DNA of 35,629 nucleotides from Acidobacteriota bacterium (GCA_049967655.1 JBMFSH010000029.1:1-35629); one strand, 5' to 3'. Positions 1-9,795 are shown, counted from the stretch's first letter. The notes: a model not told the origin generated them from the letters alone. Numbers and translations: made by a program.

Positions 1-310
1 GCAAGAAGTCTGTTGGGACGGAGGTATTCGGAGAGGGAGATCCCCGCCTTGTGGGTCTCAACCTCTCCCGGAGCAAGAAGTCTGTTGGGACCCCGCAGGG
101 TACCAGTGGCCCTTGATCTCGTGTGCGTCTCAACCTCTCCCGGAGCAAGAAGTCTGTTGGGACGAAGCCATAATTAAGCGCCATTGCCACTTCGGGCAAC
201 GTCTCAACCTCTCCCGGAGCAAGAAGTCTGTTGGGACGGCGAGTGCGCGCAGGCTGCTGAAGCCCTCGATATTGTCTCAACCTCTCCCGGAGCAAGAAGT
301 CTGTTGGGAG
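1..310. CRISPR. CRISPR array, cut off by the window start; 37-bp repeat GTCTCAACCTCTCCCGGAGCAAGAAGTCTGTTGGGAC; 4 spacers
   Basis: Partial repeat at 1-19 and full repeats at 55-91, 127-163, 201-237 and 274-310 (last base of the final copy is G instead of C). Unique spacers at 20-54 (35 bp), 92-126 (35), 164-200 (37) and 238-273 (36). No cas genes in the window. Confidence 0.96.
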
Positions 311-367
311 GACTCGCAGCGGTTCCGCAAGGCCCTCCTCATCGAGAGCAGGTCTCGGCTCCTCGGG

Positions 368-1576
368 TCACGGCGGGACGGATCCCTTGTTGCCCCTCGC
401 CCTCCGCACCCGGAGGTAGGCCTCGCGGAAGGGCAGGCCCTCGTCGCGCACGAGGCGATAGGCCTCCTCCGCGGCGCGGATGTCGGGGTCCAGGGCGGCG
501 GCCATGCGCTCCCCGTCGAAGTGGAGCCGGGGGACCACGTGGCCCATCAGGCGCGCCGTTGCCCGCACCGAGTCCATCCCCCGAAAGAGCGGCTTCTTGA
601 GGAGCTGGAGGTCGCGGTGGTAGCCGGAGGGGAGCTTGGCCGTCACGGCGATGACCTCGGTCAGCGCCGAGGCGGCCTCGGCGGCATGTCCCCTGGCCAG
701 CTCCAACAGGTCGGGGTTGCGCTTCTGCGGTAGCATGGAGGAGCCGGTGGTGAACTCGCGAGGCAGGCGGACGAAGCCGAACTCCGCCGTGGCGAAGAGG
801 CAGAGGTCGGCGGCGAGGCGGCCCATGTCCTGGGCGAGGAGGGAGGCCTCGAAGAGGGCCGCAGCTTCGGCTTTGCCGCGGGAGAGCTGGACGGCGGTGA
901 CGGGCTCGTGGGTGGAGGCGAAGCCCAGGGCCTTCGTGGTGAAGGCGCGGTCGAGCGTGAGAAGGGGTACGCCGTAGCCCGCCGCCGAGCCTAGCGGGTT
1001 CTTGTCGGAGCGGCGCTTGGCGGCGCGCAGCCCCTCGGCGTCGTCGCGGATCTCGGCGGCGAGGCCGCCCGCCCAGAGCCCGAGGGTGGAGGGCATGGCC
1101 CGCTGCATGTGCGTGTAGCCCGGCATGGGCAGGTCGCCGCACCGGGGCGCGAGAGACTCCAGCGCCGCGGCCAGGGCCTCCGCGTCCAGGGCGAGCGCCT
1201 CCAGTTCGTCCTTGAGCCAGAGGCGCAGGGCCACGAGCACCTGGTCGTTGCGTGAGCGCCCCAGGTGGATGCGCCGCCCCGGTTCTCCCACGGCGGCCGC
1301 GAGGCGGTTTTCCAAGGCCGTGTGGACATCCTCGTCCTCCTCTGCCACGCGCCACTCCCCGCGAGCGTGCGACTCGCCAAGGGCCTTCAGCGCCCCTTCG
1401 AGGGCCGTCAGTTCCTCGCCGGAGAGGTGGCCGCAGGCGTGGAGCATGGCGGCGTGGGTGAGGGAGGCCCGCACGTCGTAGGGCACGAGGCGGTTGTCCA
1501 GGAGGGCGTCCTCGCCGGCGGTGTACTGAAGCACCAGCGCGTCCAGGGTCTCGCCCCGGTCCCAGAGGGGTTTCAC
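368..1576 (-). CDS. argH: Argininosuccinate lyase
   Basis: 402-aa ORF with EDVH, GRSRNDQV, PGYTHMQRA and the fumarase-superfamily signature GSSMLPQKRNPD; start overlaps the argE stop (GTGA). Confidence 0.95.
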   Translation of the reverse strand: MKPLWDRGETLDALVLQYTAGEDALLDNRLVPYDVRASLTHAAMLHACGHLSGEELTALEGALKALGESHARGEWRVAEEDEDVHTALENRLAAAVGEPGRRIHLGRSRNDQVLVALRLWLKDELEALALDAEALAAALESLAPRCGDLPMPGYTHMQRAMPSTLGLWAGGLAAEIRDDAEGLRAAKRRSDKNPLGSAAGYGVPLLTLDRAFTTKALGFASTHEPVTAVQLSRGKAEAAALFEASLLAQDMGRLAADLCLFATAEFGFVRLPREFTTGSSMLPQKRNPDLLELARGHAAEAASALTEVIAVTAKLPSGYHRDLQLLKKPLFRGMDSVRATARLMGHVVPRLHFDGERMAAALDPDIRAAEEAYRLVRDEGLPFREAYLRVRRARGNKGSVPP

Positions 1577-2670
1577 GCTCCACCTCCGGCGCAGAGGAAG
1601 GAGGGAACCTCGCGCACGAGGCGTTCGTAGAAGGAGGCCCCGTCGAGGATCTCCGACTCGAAGACGAACTCGTCGGGGGTGTGGGAGCGCTCGGTGCGGC
1701 CGGGCCCCGCCTTGATGCCGGGGATGCCGCGGAAGAAGACGAGATCCGAGAGCCCGCTGGAGCCGATCACCCTAGAAGCCGGGCGGGCGGCCAGGGCCGC
1801 GCGGACGAGCGGGTGCGCGGGGTCGGTCTCGTAAGGCCCCAGGCGGTCGCTCACGACGCGAAGGCCTCCCGCCACGGCGCCCCTTAGTCGCCCCACGAGG
1901 CGCTCCGCGTGGGGGCCGGGGACGGTGCGCACGTCCAGGATGCAGGAGGCTTTGCCCGGCACCACGTTCCGCGCCGTCCCGCCCTGAGCGACCGTGGGCT
2001 CCATCGTCACGGGGCCCAGCACGGGATGGGGTGGGCCGAGATCCACCCCCTCCAGCGCTGCCAGGTCGCGGGCGAGCTGCCGGATGGCGTTGCGGGCCTG
2101 GAGCGCGCGCCCGTGCGCGGCGTGGCAGGCCGTTCCCTCCTCCTCCAGCTCGAGGATGAGGAGGCCCTTCTGGGCCGCCGCCACGTCCAAGGCCGTGGGC
2201 TCTCCCACCACCACGGCCTCCGGTTTCAGCCCCAGCCGCTCGATCTCGGGCACCACCGCCTCCGTCCCCTTGCCACCCACCTCCTCCTGCGCCGAGAGGA
2301 GGAGGAGGATGCGCACGCGCCGCGGTGCGCCGCCCTTTACGAGGCGGGCGAAGGCGCCCACCATGGCCGCCACGCTGGCCTTGGCGTCGTTACTGCCGAG
2401 CCCCACCACGCGGCCGTCTCCCGTGACGCGCGCCTCGTGCGGCGGCAGCGTCCAGGCCGCCGAGGCGGGCACCGTGTCCAGGTGCGAGTTGAGGCAGAAG
2501 AGGGGCCCCTGGCCCACCCAGGCCGCCAGGTTGTTCCCGAAGCGGCGCACCGTCGCTCCAAGCGCCTCGAGCCTCGGCTGGAGGAGGTCGCAGAGGGGCC
2601 CCTCCTCCCCCGAAACCGAAGGGGTGGCGACCATCTGGCGGTGGAGGGCGAGGATCTCGGCGTCGGTCAA
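1573..2670 (-). CDS. argE: M20 family deacylase (ArgE-like; probably N-acylcitrulline/N-acylornithine deacylase)
   Basis: C-terminal 365 aa of ORF 1573..3549, from a TTG overlapping the argB stop. Motifs TPSVSGEE, NSHLDTVP, GLGSNDAKAS, QEEVGG, GEPT and SHTPDEF. Confidence 0.88.
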   Translation of the reverse strand: MTDAEILALHRQMVATPSVSGEEGPLCDLLQPRLEALGATVRRFGNNLAAWVGQGPLFCLNSHLDTVPASAAWTLPPHEARVTGDGRVVGLGSNDAKASVAAMVGAFARLVKGGAPRRVRILLLLSAQEEVGGKGTEAVVPEIERLGLKPEAVVVGEPTALDVAAAQKGLLILELEEEGTACHAAHGRALQARNAIRQLARDLAALEGVDLGPPHPVLGPVTMEPTVAQGGTARNVVPGKASCILDVRTVPGPHAERLVGRLRGAVAGGLRVVSDRLGPYETDPAHPLVRAALAARPASRVIGSSGLSDLVFFRGIPGIKAGPGRTERSHTPDEFVFESEILDGASFYERLVREVPSFLCAGGGA

Positions 2671-3629
2671 GGGGAGGCCTCCCTCGCCTCTTCGGGCGGC
2701 TGGGCCTGCTCGCCGGGCGCCAGCTCCGACGTGCTCTTCACGATCAGCGTGCCGGCCCCGGCGTTGGTGAAGACCTCCAGGAGGAGGCTGGCCTTCTGCC
2801 GCAGGCCCACCACGTGCACCCGCCGGACACCGCCCTGCAGTGCGGCTCTGGCGGCGGCCATCTTGGGACGCATGCCGCCCTCCACCGCGCCCCTCGCCTC
2901 CAGCGCCGCCACCCCGTCGAGGTCCGTGTAGCTCACGAGGGAGGCGGGGTCCTTGCGGTCCTCCAGCAAGCCCGGCGCCTTGGTGAGGAAGACGAGCTTG
3001 TCGGCTTCGAGGGCGCAGGCGATCTGGGCGGCCACCGTGTCGGCGTTGACGTTGAGCAGGCGCCCCGTTTCGTCGGCGGCGACGGGGCTCACCACGGGCA
3101 CGAAGCCCGCGGCCATGAGGCGGTCGAGGACGGAGCGGTCCACGGCGATGAGGTCGCCCACCTCGCCGTAGTCCACGGTGGCCGGGCCCTGCGGCGTCTG
3201 CACCGTGACCGGCCCGCGAACGCGCGCCTTGAGCAGCCCCGCGCCCACGCCCGAAATGCCCACGGCCGGGAGCCCCGCGGCGCACAAGGCCGAAACGATC
3301 GCCGTGTTGACGGAACCGTTGAGGGCCATGACCACGGGCTCGATCATCTGCGGGCTCGTGACCCGCCGCCCCTCCACGAAGCGGCTCTCGACGCCGAGCC
3401 GCTCGGCCAGGGCGGTGGCCTGCGGCCCGCCGCCGTGGACGATGACGAGGCGGATGCCGAACTCGTGGAAGATGCTCGCCTGCTGGGCGAAGCCGGCGAG
3501 GGTCTCGGCACCCTCCTCCCGTTCCATGCCGAGCTTGAGGACGAAGCAACGCCCGCGGTAGAGGCGGACGTAGGGGAGGGCCTGGAGCAGCGCGGCGAGC
3601 ATGGCCTCGCGGTCGGGGTGTCCGGTCAT
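2667..3629 (-). CDS. argB: N-acylglutamate kinase
   Basis: ATG 3629 overlaps the argF' stop. Motifs QALPYVRLYRG, VIVHGGGPQ, GRRVT, NVNADTVA and GGMRPKM. The N-terminal KxGG motif reads KLGM. Confidence 0.9.
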   Translation of the reverse strand: MTGHPDREAMLAALLQALPYVRLYRGRCFVLKLGMEREEGAETLAGFAQQASIFHEFGIRLVIVHGGGPQATALAERLGVESRFVEGRRVTSPQMIEPVVMALNGSVNTAIVSALCAAGLPAVGISGVGAGLLKARVRGPVTVQTPQGPATVDYGEVGDLIAVDRSVLDRLMAAGFVPVVSPVAADETGRLLNVNADTVAAQIACALEADKLVFLTKAPGLLEDRKDPASLVSYTDLDGVAALEARGAVEGGMRPKMAAARAALQGGVRRVHVVGLRQKASLLLEVFTNAGAGTLIVKSTSELAPGEQAQPPEEAREASP

Positions 3630-4636
3630 GGTCTTTCCTCCGAGAGCAGTTCCAGCAAGAGTGCCTTCTGGACGTGGAGCCGGTTCGCGGCCTCCCGAAC
3701 GACCACGCTGCGCGGGCCGTCCAGGACCTCGTCGGCCACCTTGACGTTGCGGCGCACGGGCAGGCAGTGCATGAAGAGGGCGCCCGGCGCGGCGGGTGCG
3801 AACCACGGCTCGGCCACGCACCAATCCCGCAGGGGCCCCCTCAGGGCGGCCTCTTCCTCGGGCTTGCCGTAAAGCGAGGGCGCCGTCCAGGACTTGGCGT
3901 AGAGCACGTGGGCGCCCTCCATGGCCTCACGGCGGTCGGAGGTCTCCCAGACTCGGCCGCCGGAGCGCCCCGCTAGATCCCGGGCGCGGGCCATGACCGC
4001 CTCGGGCAGGGCGAATCCCTCGGGGCGCAGGACCACCGCCTCCATCCCCCGCATCGCGGCCATCGTGAGGGCCGAGGCGGGGACGGCGTAGGGCAGCGGT
4101 TTGGGGTGGTAGGCCCAGGAGAGGACGAAGCGGCCGCCTCGCCGCGGCACGGAGAGGTCTTCGAGGGTCTTCCAATCGGCCAGCGCCTGGCAGGGGTGAG
4201 CCGAGGCCGATTCGAGGTTGATGAAGGGGACGGGGCTCAGGCTCGCCATCTTGCGCATGACGCCGTCGGCCAGGTCCTCCTCCAGGTTCCGCCCCGCGGC
4301 GAAACAGCGGACGGCGAGGAGGTCGGCGTATTGGGCCAGGACGGGGATCGCCTCCCGGACGTGCTCCGCCGCCGCACCGTCCATCACGACGCCGTCGCGC
4401 ATTTCGAGCTGCCAAGAGCTCTGGCCGGGGGTGATGATAACCGTGTCGCCGCCCAGCTGCTTCACCCCCGCGTCCATGGAGGCCAGGGTGCGCAGGGAGG
4501 GATTCATGAAGAGCAGGCCCACGATTTTGCCCGCCAACGCGGTGCTGAGGGGGGCGCGTTCGAGCCGCGCGGCGAGGCGCAGCAGCTCCTCCAGCCGCTC
4601 CATGGGCCACTGGGAAAGATCGAGGAAGGACGTCAT
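3626..4636 (-). CDS. argF': N-acylornithine carbamoyltransferase (ArgF', AOTCase/SOTCase family)
   Basis: SLRT carbamoyl-phosphate motif instead of STRT, extended loop WQLEMRDGVVMDGAAAEH, HPCQ, proline-rich loop WAYHPKPLP and HCLPVRRN. Confidence 0.92.
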   Translation of the reverse strand: MTSFLDLSQWPMERLEELLRLAARLERAPLSTALAGKIVGLLFMNPSLRTLASMDAGVKQLGGDTVIITPGQSSWQLEMRDGVVMDGAAAEHVREAIPVLAQYADLLAVRCFAAGRNLEEDLADGVMRKMASLSPVPFINLESASAHPCQALADWKTLEDLSVPRRGGRFVLSWAYHPKPLPYAVPASALTMAAMRGMEAVVLRPEGFALPEAVMARARDLAGRSGGRVWETSDRREAMEGAHVLYAKSWTAPSLYGKPEEEAALRGPLRDWCVAEPWFAPAAPGALFMHCLPVRRNVKVADEVLDGPRSVVVREAANRLHVQKALLLELLSEERP

Positions 4637-4959
4637 GCGGGGATCTCCTTGAGCGCGGCCACGAGCTCATCTATGTGGCGATCTTCCAGGATGAGCGGGG
4701 GCAGGAGGCGGACCACGTGGGCATCGGCGCTCCCGCCCGCAAGGATGTGCCGCTTGCGCAGGGCGTGCAGCAGGCGCGGGTGGCCGTAGCCCAGGAGGGC
4801 CACCGCGTGGCCGCCGTAGAAGTCCAGGTAGCGCCCGCCCTCCGCGGCGAAGAGGTAGGGTCCCTCGCCCCGCTCGGGTTCCAGTTCCACCTGGGCGTAG
4901 ACGTCCAGGAGAGGGTTCAGCGGGGCGCCGCGAAGGAGCGCTTCGGTGTTGGTCGTCAT
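4633..4959 (-). pseudogene. argD: Class III aminotransferase (ArgD) with a large in-frame internal deletion
   Basis: 108 aa. The N-terminus (RGEGPYL..YLDFYGGHAVALLGYGHP) joins directly to the C-terminus (VVRLLPPLIL). The PLP-binding core (DEVQ, catalytic Lys) is absent; junction at about 4757-4766. Confidence 0.85.
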
Positions 4960-5981
4960 TAGAAGTATCCCATGCCCGGCAGGCGAAGGCCGGTGTCCTC
5001 TTCGAGCCCGAAGAGGCGGTTCATCCACTGGACGCCGCCGCCCGCGGCGCCCTTGATGAGGTTGTCGAGGACCGAGGTGAGGAGCACTGTCCGGCCCCGC
5101 ACCGCCACGCCGATGCGGCACCGGTTCGTCCCCACCACGTCGGTGAGCCTCGGCGGCTCCAGCGCCACCTCGACGAAGGGGCTTCCGGCGTAGAGTGCGC
5201 CGACGGCAGAGGCCACGGCCTCGGCCGTGGCGGGCGCCCTGAGCGTGGTTCGCAGGGTGGCGTGGATGCCGCGCACGAAGGGCCCCGAGTGCGGCACGAA
5301 CTCGATCGAAGGGGTGCAGCCCGGCCGCGCCTTCTCGAGGAGCATCCGCATCTCCGGCTCGTGGCGGTGGGCCAGCGGCGCGTAGGCGTAGAGGTTCCCG
5401 TTGCGCTCGGGGTGGTGGGTCCTGGGCGAGGGGGTGCGGCCGCTCCCCGAGCTGCCCGTCACGGCGCAGACGAAGACCTCCTCTTCGATGAGGTCCGCGG
5501 CGAAGAGGGGGAAGAGCGGCAGGAGCACCGCCGTGGTGAAGCAGCCGGGGTGGGCTACGGCCGTACCTGGAAGCCCGGGCAGGTGCTCGGGGAGGGCGCA
5601 GGCGAAGGAGGGGCAGCGCGCGGGGGCGCCGTGGGCCTTCCCGTAGACGGCGGCGTAGGCGGCGGGGTCGGAGAACCGGAAGTCCGCCGAGAGGTCCACT
5701 ACGCGAAGCTTTGTCCCCGCCTTCTGGGCGCGGGCCATGCACTCGTCCACGAGGGAGGCCGATTGGCCGTGGGGCAGGGCGGCGAAGAGGCCCAGCGGCC
5801 CTCCGTCCAGCAGGCGCGCCTGCACCTGCGCCGCCGTCTCGAACCGCAGCCCCGCCACCGCCGTGCCCGCCAGGTGCGGAAAGGCCGAGAGGAGGCTCTC
5901 GCCCGCGTGGCTCGTGGAGGCCACGCCCACCACGAGGAAGCGCGGATGGAGGGCGAGGAGGCGCAGGAGCTCGCCGGCCAC
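4959..5981 (-). pseudogene. argC: N-acyl-gamma-glutamyl-phosphate reductase lacking its N-terminal GxxGY nucleotide-binding strand; fused in frame to an upstream gene fragment (joint ORF 4959..6176, 405 aa)
   Basis: Motifs AGELLRLL..HP, ALPHG, VDLSADFR, AHPGCFTT, VTGSSGSG, HRHEPE, RGIHAT and DNLIKGAAG. Upstream of VAGELL the Rossmann motif is replaced by unrelated sequence. Confidence 0.82.
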
Positions 5982-6176
5982 CACGTCGCCGGGCTTCACC
6001 TTGGAGAACCTCCCCGAAGGCAGTTCGAGCTGATTGTAGGTGCTCTTGGAGTTGAGCACGCGCACCGCCACCACGCCGCCCTCCACGGCGGGGATCTCCG
6101 TCCCCAGCCGCACCTCGCGGGAGAGGCGGCAGGTGAGGGTCACGGAGCCGATCTTGTCCAAAAGGACCTTCTTCAT
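5972..6176 (-). pseudogene. N-terminal ~68-aa fragment of an uncharacterised gene, tentatively DUF1611-like
   Basis: ATG coupled to the argG stop (ATGA). Sequence MKKVLLDKIGSVT...NSKSTYNQLELPSGRFSKVKPGDVVAG is not ArgC-like. The LELxSGR...GD pattern recalls DUF1611-type proteins (from memory, unverified). Confidence 0.5.
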
Positions 6177-7100
6177 GCGCCGCCCCCCTTCCCGGCCCGC
6201 GCGTAGAGGACGCTCTGGAGGGAGAAGAGCCGCGAGAAGCCGCGCGCATCCTGCGCCGTCCACTCCCCCGCGGACTCGCCGTATACGGCTTTGGAGGCGG
6301 CCTTCATGGAGAAGGGCGAGGAGACGCCCTCCACGAAGCACGAGCCGGGGCGCAGCAAGACGCGGACCTCGCCCGTCACGCGCTCCTGGGAGCGCAGGAG
6401 CAGGGCCTCCGCGTCCCGGCAGACGGGGTCGTAGTAGAGCCCCTCGTGGATGAAGTCGCCGTAGGCGGCCGACACCGTGTCCTTGAGGCGCTGCTGGCGC
6501 GCCGTGAGGACGAGCTTCTCCAGCTCCCGGTGCGCCTGGATGAGGACGGTGGCGGCGGGGGCCTCGAAGGCCACGCGGCCCTTGAGCCCCAGGATCGTGT
6601 CGCCCAGGTGGATGCCCCTCCCCACGCCGAAGGAGCCCGCGAGGCGGTTCAGCTTTTCGATGAGTTCCACCGGAGGGAGGGCTTCGCCGTCCAGGGCCGA
6701 GGGGATCCCCTGCTCGAAGGCCACGGCGTGGGACTCGGCGGGGCGGGGCGCGTCGAAGGCTCCGCGCGTGAGGACCCACGCCTCCTCGGGAAGGGGATCG
6801 GTGGTGGTGTTGGTCTCGCGCCCGCCGATGGTGCAGCCCCACAGGCCCGCGTTGATCGAGTAGGCGGCGCGGGACTCCGGCCACTGGAGCCCGTGCTTCG
6901 CGAGGTAGGCCACCTCCTGCGCCCGCGTGGTGCCGCCGTCCCGGATGGGGGCCAGGATCTCGGCCTCGGGCAGGAGAGCCCGCAGGGCCGCCTCGAAGCG
7001 CACCTGGTCGTTGCCCGCCGCCGTGGAACCGTGGGCCACGGCGCGCGCCCCCCACGCCGCCGCGGCCTGGGCCACGGCGCGGGCCTGCAGGGCGCGCCTC
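6173..7100 (-). pseudogene. argG: Argininosuccinate synthase, 5'-truncated
   Basis: Motifs RALQARAVA, AVAHGSTAAGNDQVRFE, YSINAGLWG and GDTILGLKGRVAFEAP. The N-terminal ATP-binding SGGLDTS region is missing; homology stops near 7100, where gltB sequence begins on the other strand. Confidence 0.88.
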
Positions 7101-7101
7101 G

Positions 7102-9793
7102 CGCTCCGTCCTCCACGGGCGGGAGCTCTTCTACGTGGCGAGCCTGTCGAGCCGGACCGTCGTCTACAAGGGCATGCTCAACGCCGACCAGCTCGGGACC
7201 TTCTACTCGGACCTCGGAGAGGAGGGTTTCGCCTCCATGTTCGACAACGCCCTCGAACTGCTCTACCTGGCCGGGCGCCCCTTGGCCCACGTGCTCATGA
7301 GGGCGCCGAGCCCATCGGTTCCATGGGCACGGACATTCCGCTGGCGGTGTTCTCGGAGCGCCCGCAGCTCCTCTACGATTACTTCAAACAGCTCTTCGCG
7401 CAGGTGACCAACCCGCCCGTGGACGCCGACCGCGAGAGCATCGTGCTGGCCGTGGATACGGCCATCGGGCCGGAGGGCAACCTCCTGGAGCCGGGCCCCG
7501 GCTCCGCCCTCCACTTCCAGCTCCCCACGCCGGTCCTGCCGAACGCCGAGCTGGAGAAGGTGCGCAACCTCGACGGGCGCCCCGCGTCAAGGGGCTTCCG
7601 CTCCATCACCCTTCCCATGCTCTTCTAGACCGGAGAGGGCGGCCAGGGCCTGCGCAAGGCGCTGGACGACCTCCGGCGCCAGTGCAGCGAGGCCATCGCC
7701 GAGGGCCACAACATCCTCATCCTGACGGACCGGGGCCACGACGCCACCGACGCGCCCATCCCGGCCCTGCTCGCCATGGGCGCGGTCCAGCACCACCTGC
7801 TCCGCGCCGGGACGCGCCAGCAGGTGGGCATCGTTCTCGAGACGGGCGAGCCGCACGAGCCGCACGAGGTCCACCACTTCTGCGCCCTCATCGGCTACGG
7901 GGCGAGCGCGGTGAACCCCTACCTGGCCTTCGAGACCATCCACGACCAGGTGGGCGAGCAGATGATTCACGGTGACCCACGGGAGGCGGAGCGGCGCTAC
8001 GTGAAGGCCGTCAACAAGGGCATCGTGAAGGTCATGTCCAAGATGGGCATCTCCGCCGTCGAGAGCTACCACGGGGCGCAGATCTTCGAGGCCATCCTGG
8101 CGCGCTTCAAGACGGGGGCCATGTCCTACGGCTCCAGCAGCCAGGAGGCCCACGAGGCGCTGGCCATCGCCATGAACCGCATGGCGGGCAAGAGCAACAC
8201 CGGCGAGGGTGGAGAGGATCCCGAGCGCTTCGAGCCCCTGCCCAACGGCGACTCCCGGAACAGCGCCATCAAGCAGGTGGCCTCCGGGCGCTTCGGGATC
8301 ACGAGCCAGTACCTGGTGGCGGCCCGCGGGATCCAGATCAAGATGGCCCAGGGCGCGAAGCCGGGGGAGGGCGGCCAGCTCCCGGGGCCCAAGGTCTACC
8401 CGTGGATCGCCCGCGTCCGCCATGCGACGCCGGGCGTGGGGCTCATCTCACCCCCGCCCCATCACGACATCTACTCCATCGAGGATCTGGCGGAGCTCAT
8501 CTACGACCTCAAGAACGCCAACCCCGAGGCAAGGGTGAGCGTGAAGCTGGTCTCGGAACACGGCGTCGGCACCATCGCCGCGGGCGTGGCCAAGGCCCAC
8601 GCCGACGTCGTCCTGATCAGCGGTCACGACGGCGGCACGGGCGCGGTGCCCCTCACCAGCATCCGTCACGCGGGCGCCCCGTGGGAGTTGGGCTTGGCGG
8701 AGGCCCAGCAGGTTCTTGTCCTGAACAACCTTCGCAGCCGCGTGGTCCTGGAGAGCGACGGCCAGCTCAAGACCGGCCGGGACGTGGTCATCGCCGCGCT
8801 CCTCGGGGCCGAGGAGTTCGGCTTCGCCACCGCGCCCCTGCTGGCGCTAGGCTGCGTCATGATGCGCGCTTGCCACAAGAACACCTGCCCCGTGGGCGTG
8901 GCCACGCAGGACCCGGAGCTGCGGAGGCGCTTCGCCGGGGACCCGCAGCACGTGGTGAACCTCATGCGCTTCACCGCCATGGAGGTGCGCGAGTGGATGG
9001 CCTTCCTCGGCTATCGGCAGTTCTACGAGATGGTGGGCCGCTCCGAACACCTCGAGATGCGCCGCGGGGCGGACCATTGGAAGGCCCGTTCCCTGGACTT
9101 CTCCCGGATGCTCTGGAAACCCACCGTCCCAAGGGACGTGAAGCGTACCTTCCGGGTGAGCCAGGAGCACGACCTCGACAAGAGCCTGGACCGGACCACG
9201 CTCATCCCGCTCAGCGCTCCGGCCCTCGAAGCCGGCACGAGCGTGGCCGCCGACCTCCTCATCGCCAACCGTAACCGGGCCGTGGGGACCATGCTCGGCA
9301 GCGAAATCACCCGCCGCCGCGGCGGGGCGGGCCTGCCGCCCGACACCATCCGCCTGCGCTTCCAGGGATCGGCGACCACGGGTGCGAATACATGACCGGC
9401 GGGGAGGTGGCGATCCTGGGCCGGGCGGGAAGGAACTTCGGTGCCGGGATGTCGGGTGGCGTCGCGTGGGTGCTGGATGAGGCGGGGGACTTCCCGGCGC
9501 GCTCCAATCTCGACCTCGTGGGCATGGGGCCCGTCGAAGGGGTGGCCGAGGCGGAGCACCTCCGAGAGATCGTGGCTCGGCACGCCGCGGCCACGCAGAG
9601 CGCCCGGGCCTTTGCGATTCTGCGAGACTGGGCGGCGTGGCTCCCCAAGTTCGTCCGGGTCATGCCCCACGACTACCGGCGGGTGCTGGAGACCCAGGCG
9701 CGCATGCGGGCCGCCGGGCCGCCGGAGGAGGAGGCGGTCCTGGCCGCCTTCGAGGAGAACGCGCGGAGCCTCTCCCGCGCCGACGGGAACTGA
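7102..9793 (+). pseudogene. gltB: Glutamate synthase large subunit, 5'-truncated, with several internal deletions, frameshifts and a premature stop
   Basis: Recognisable blocks: [113 protein letters not shown] and GCEYMTGG. About 2.7 kb versus roughly 4.5 kb for a normal gltB. In-frame TAG at 7626-7628. Confidence 0.93.
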
Positions 9794-9795
9794 GC

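Noticed and set aside
172..180. Spacer 3 shares AATTAAGCG with the octamer array at 32326
   Set aside because: A 9-bp match is expected by chance and is not a protospacer.
352..379. Possible degenerate extra CRISPR repeat GTCTC...GGGAC
   Set aside because: Only the 5-bp ends match, it is 28 bp rather than 37, and it overlaps the argH stop codon.
113..733. Plus-strand ORFs with repeated SQPLPEQEVCW peptides
   Set aside because: They are translations of the CRISPR repeats followed by antisense argH, not genes.
1573..3549. 658-aa ORF as a long ArgE fusion; likewise the long N-terminal extensions of 4633..6249, 4959..7055 and 11556..13958
   Set aside because: The extensions are alternative-frame or non-coding read-through in GC-rich DNA. 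True starts are marked by stop/start overlaps or an RBS.
7626..7628. In-frame TAG in gltB as stop-codon recoding (pyrrolysine or alternative code)
   Set aside because: TAG terminates intact genes here (asd, permease, acyl-CoA dehydrogenase), and gltB has several other lesions.
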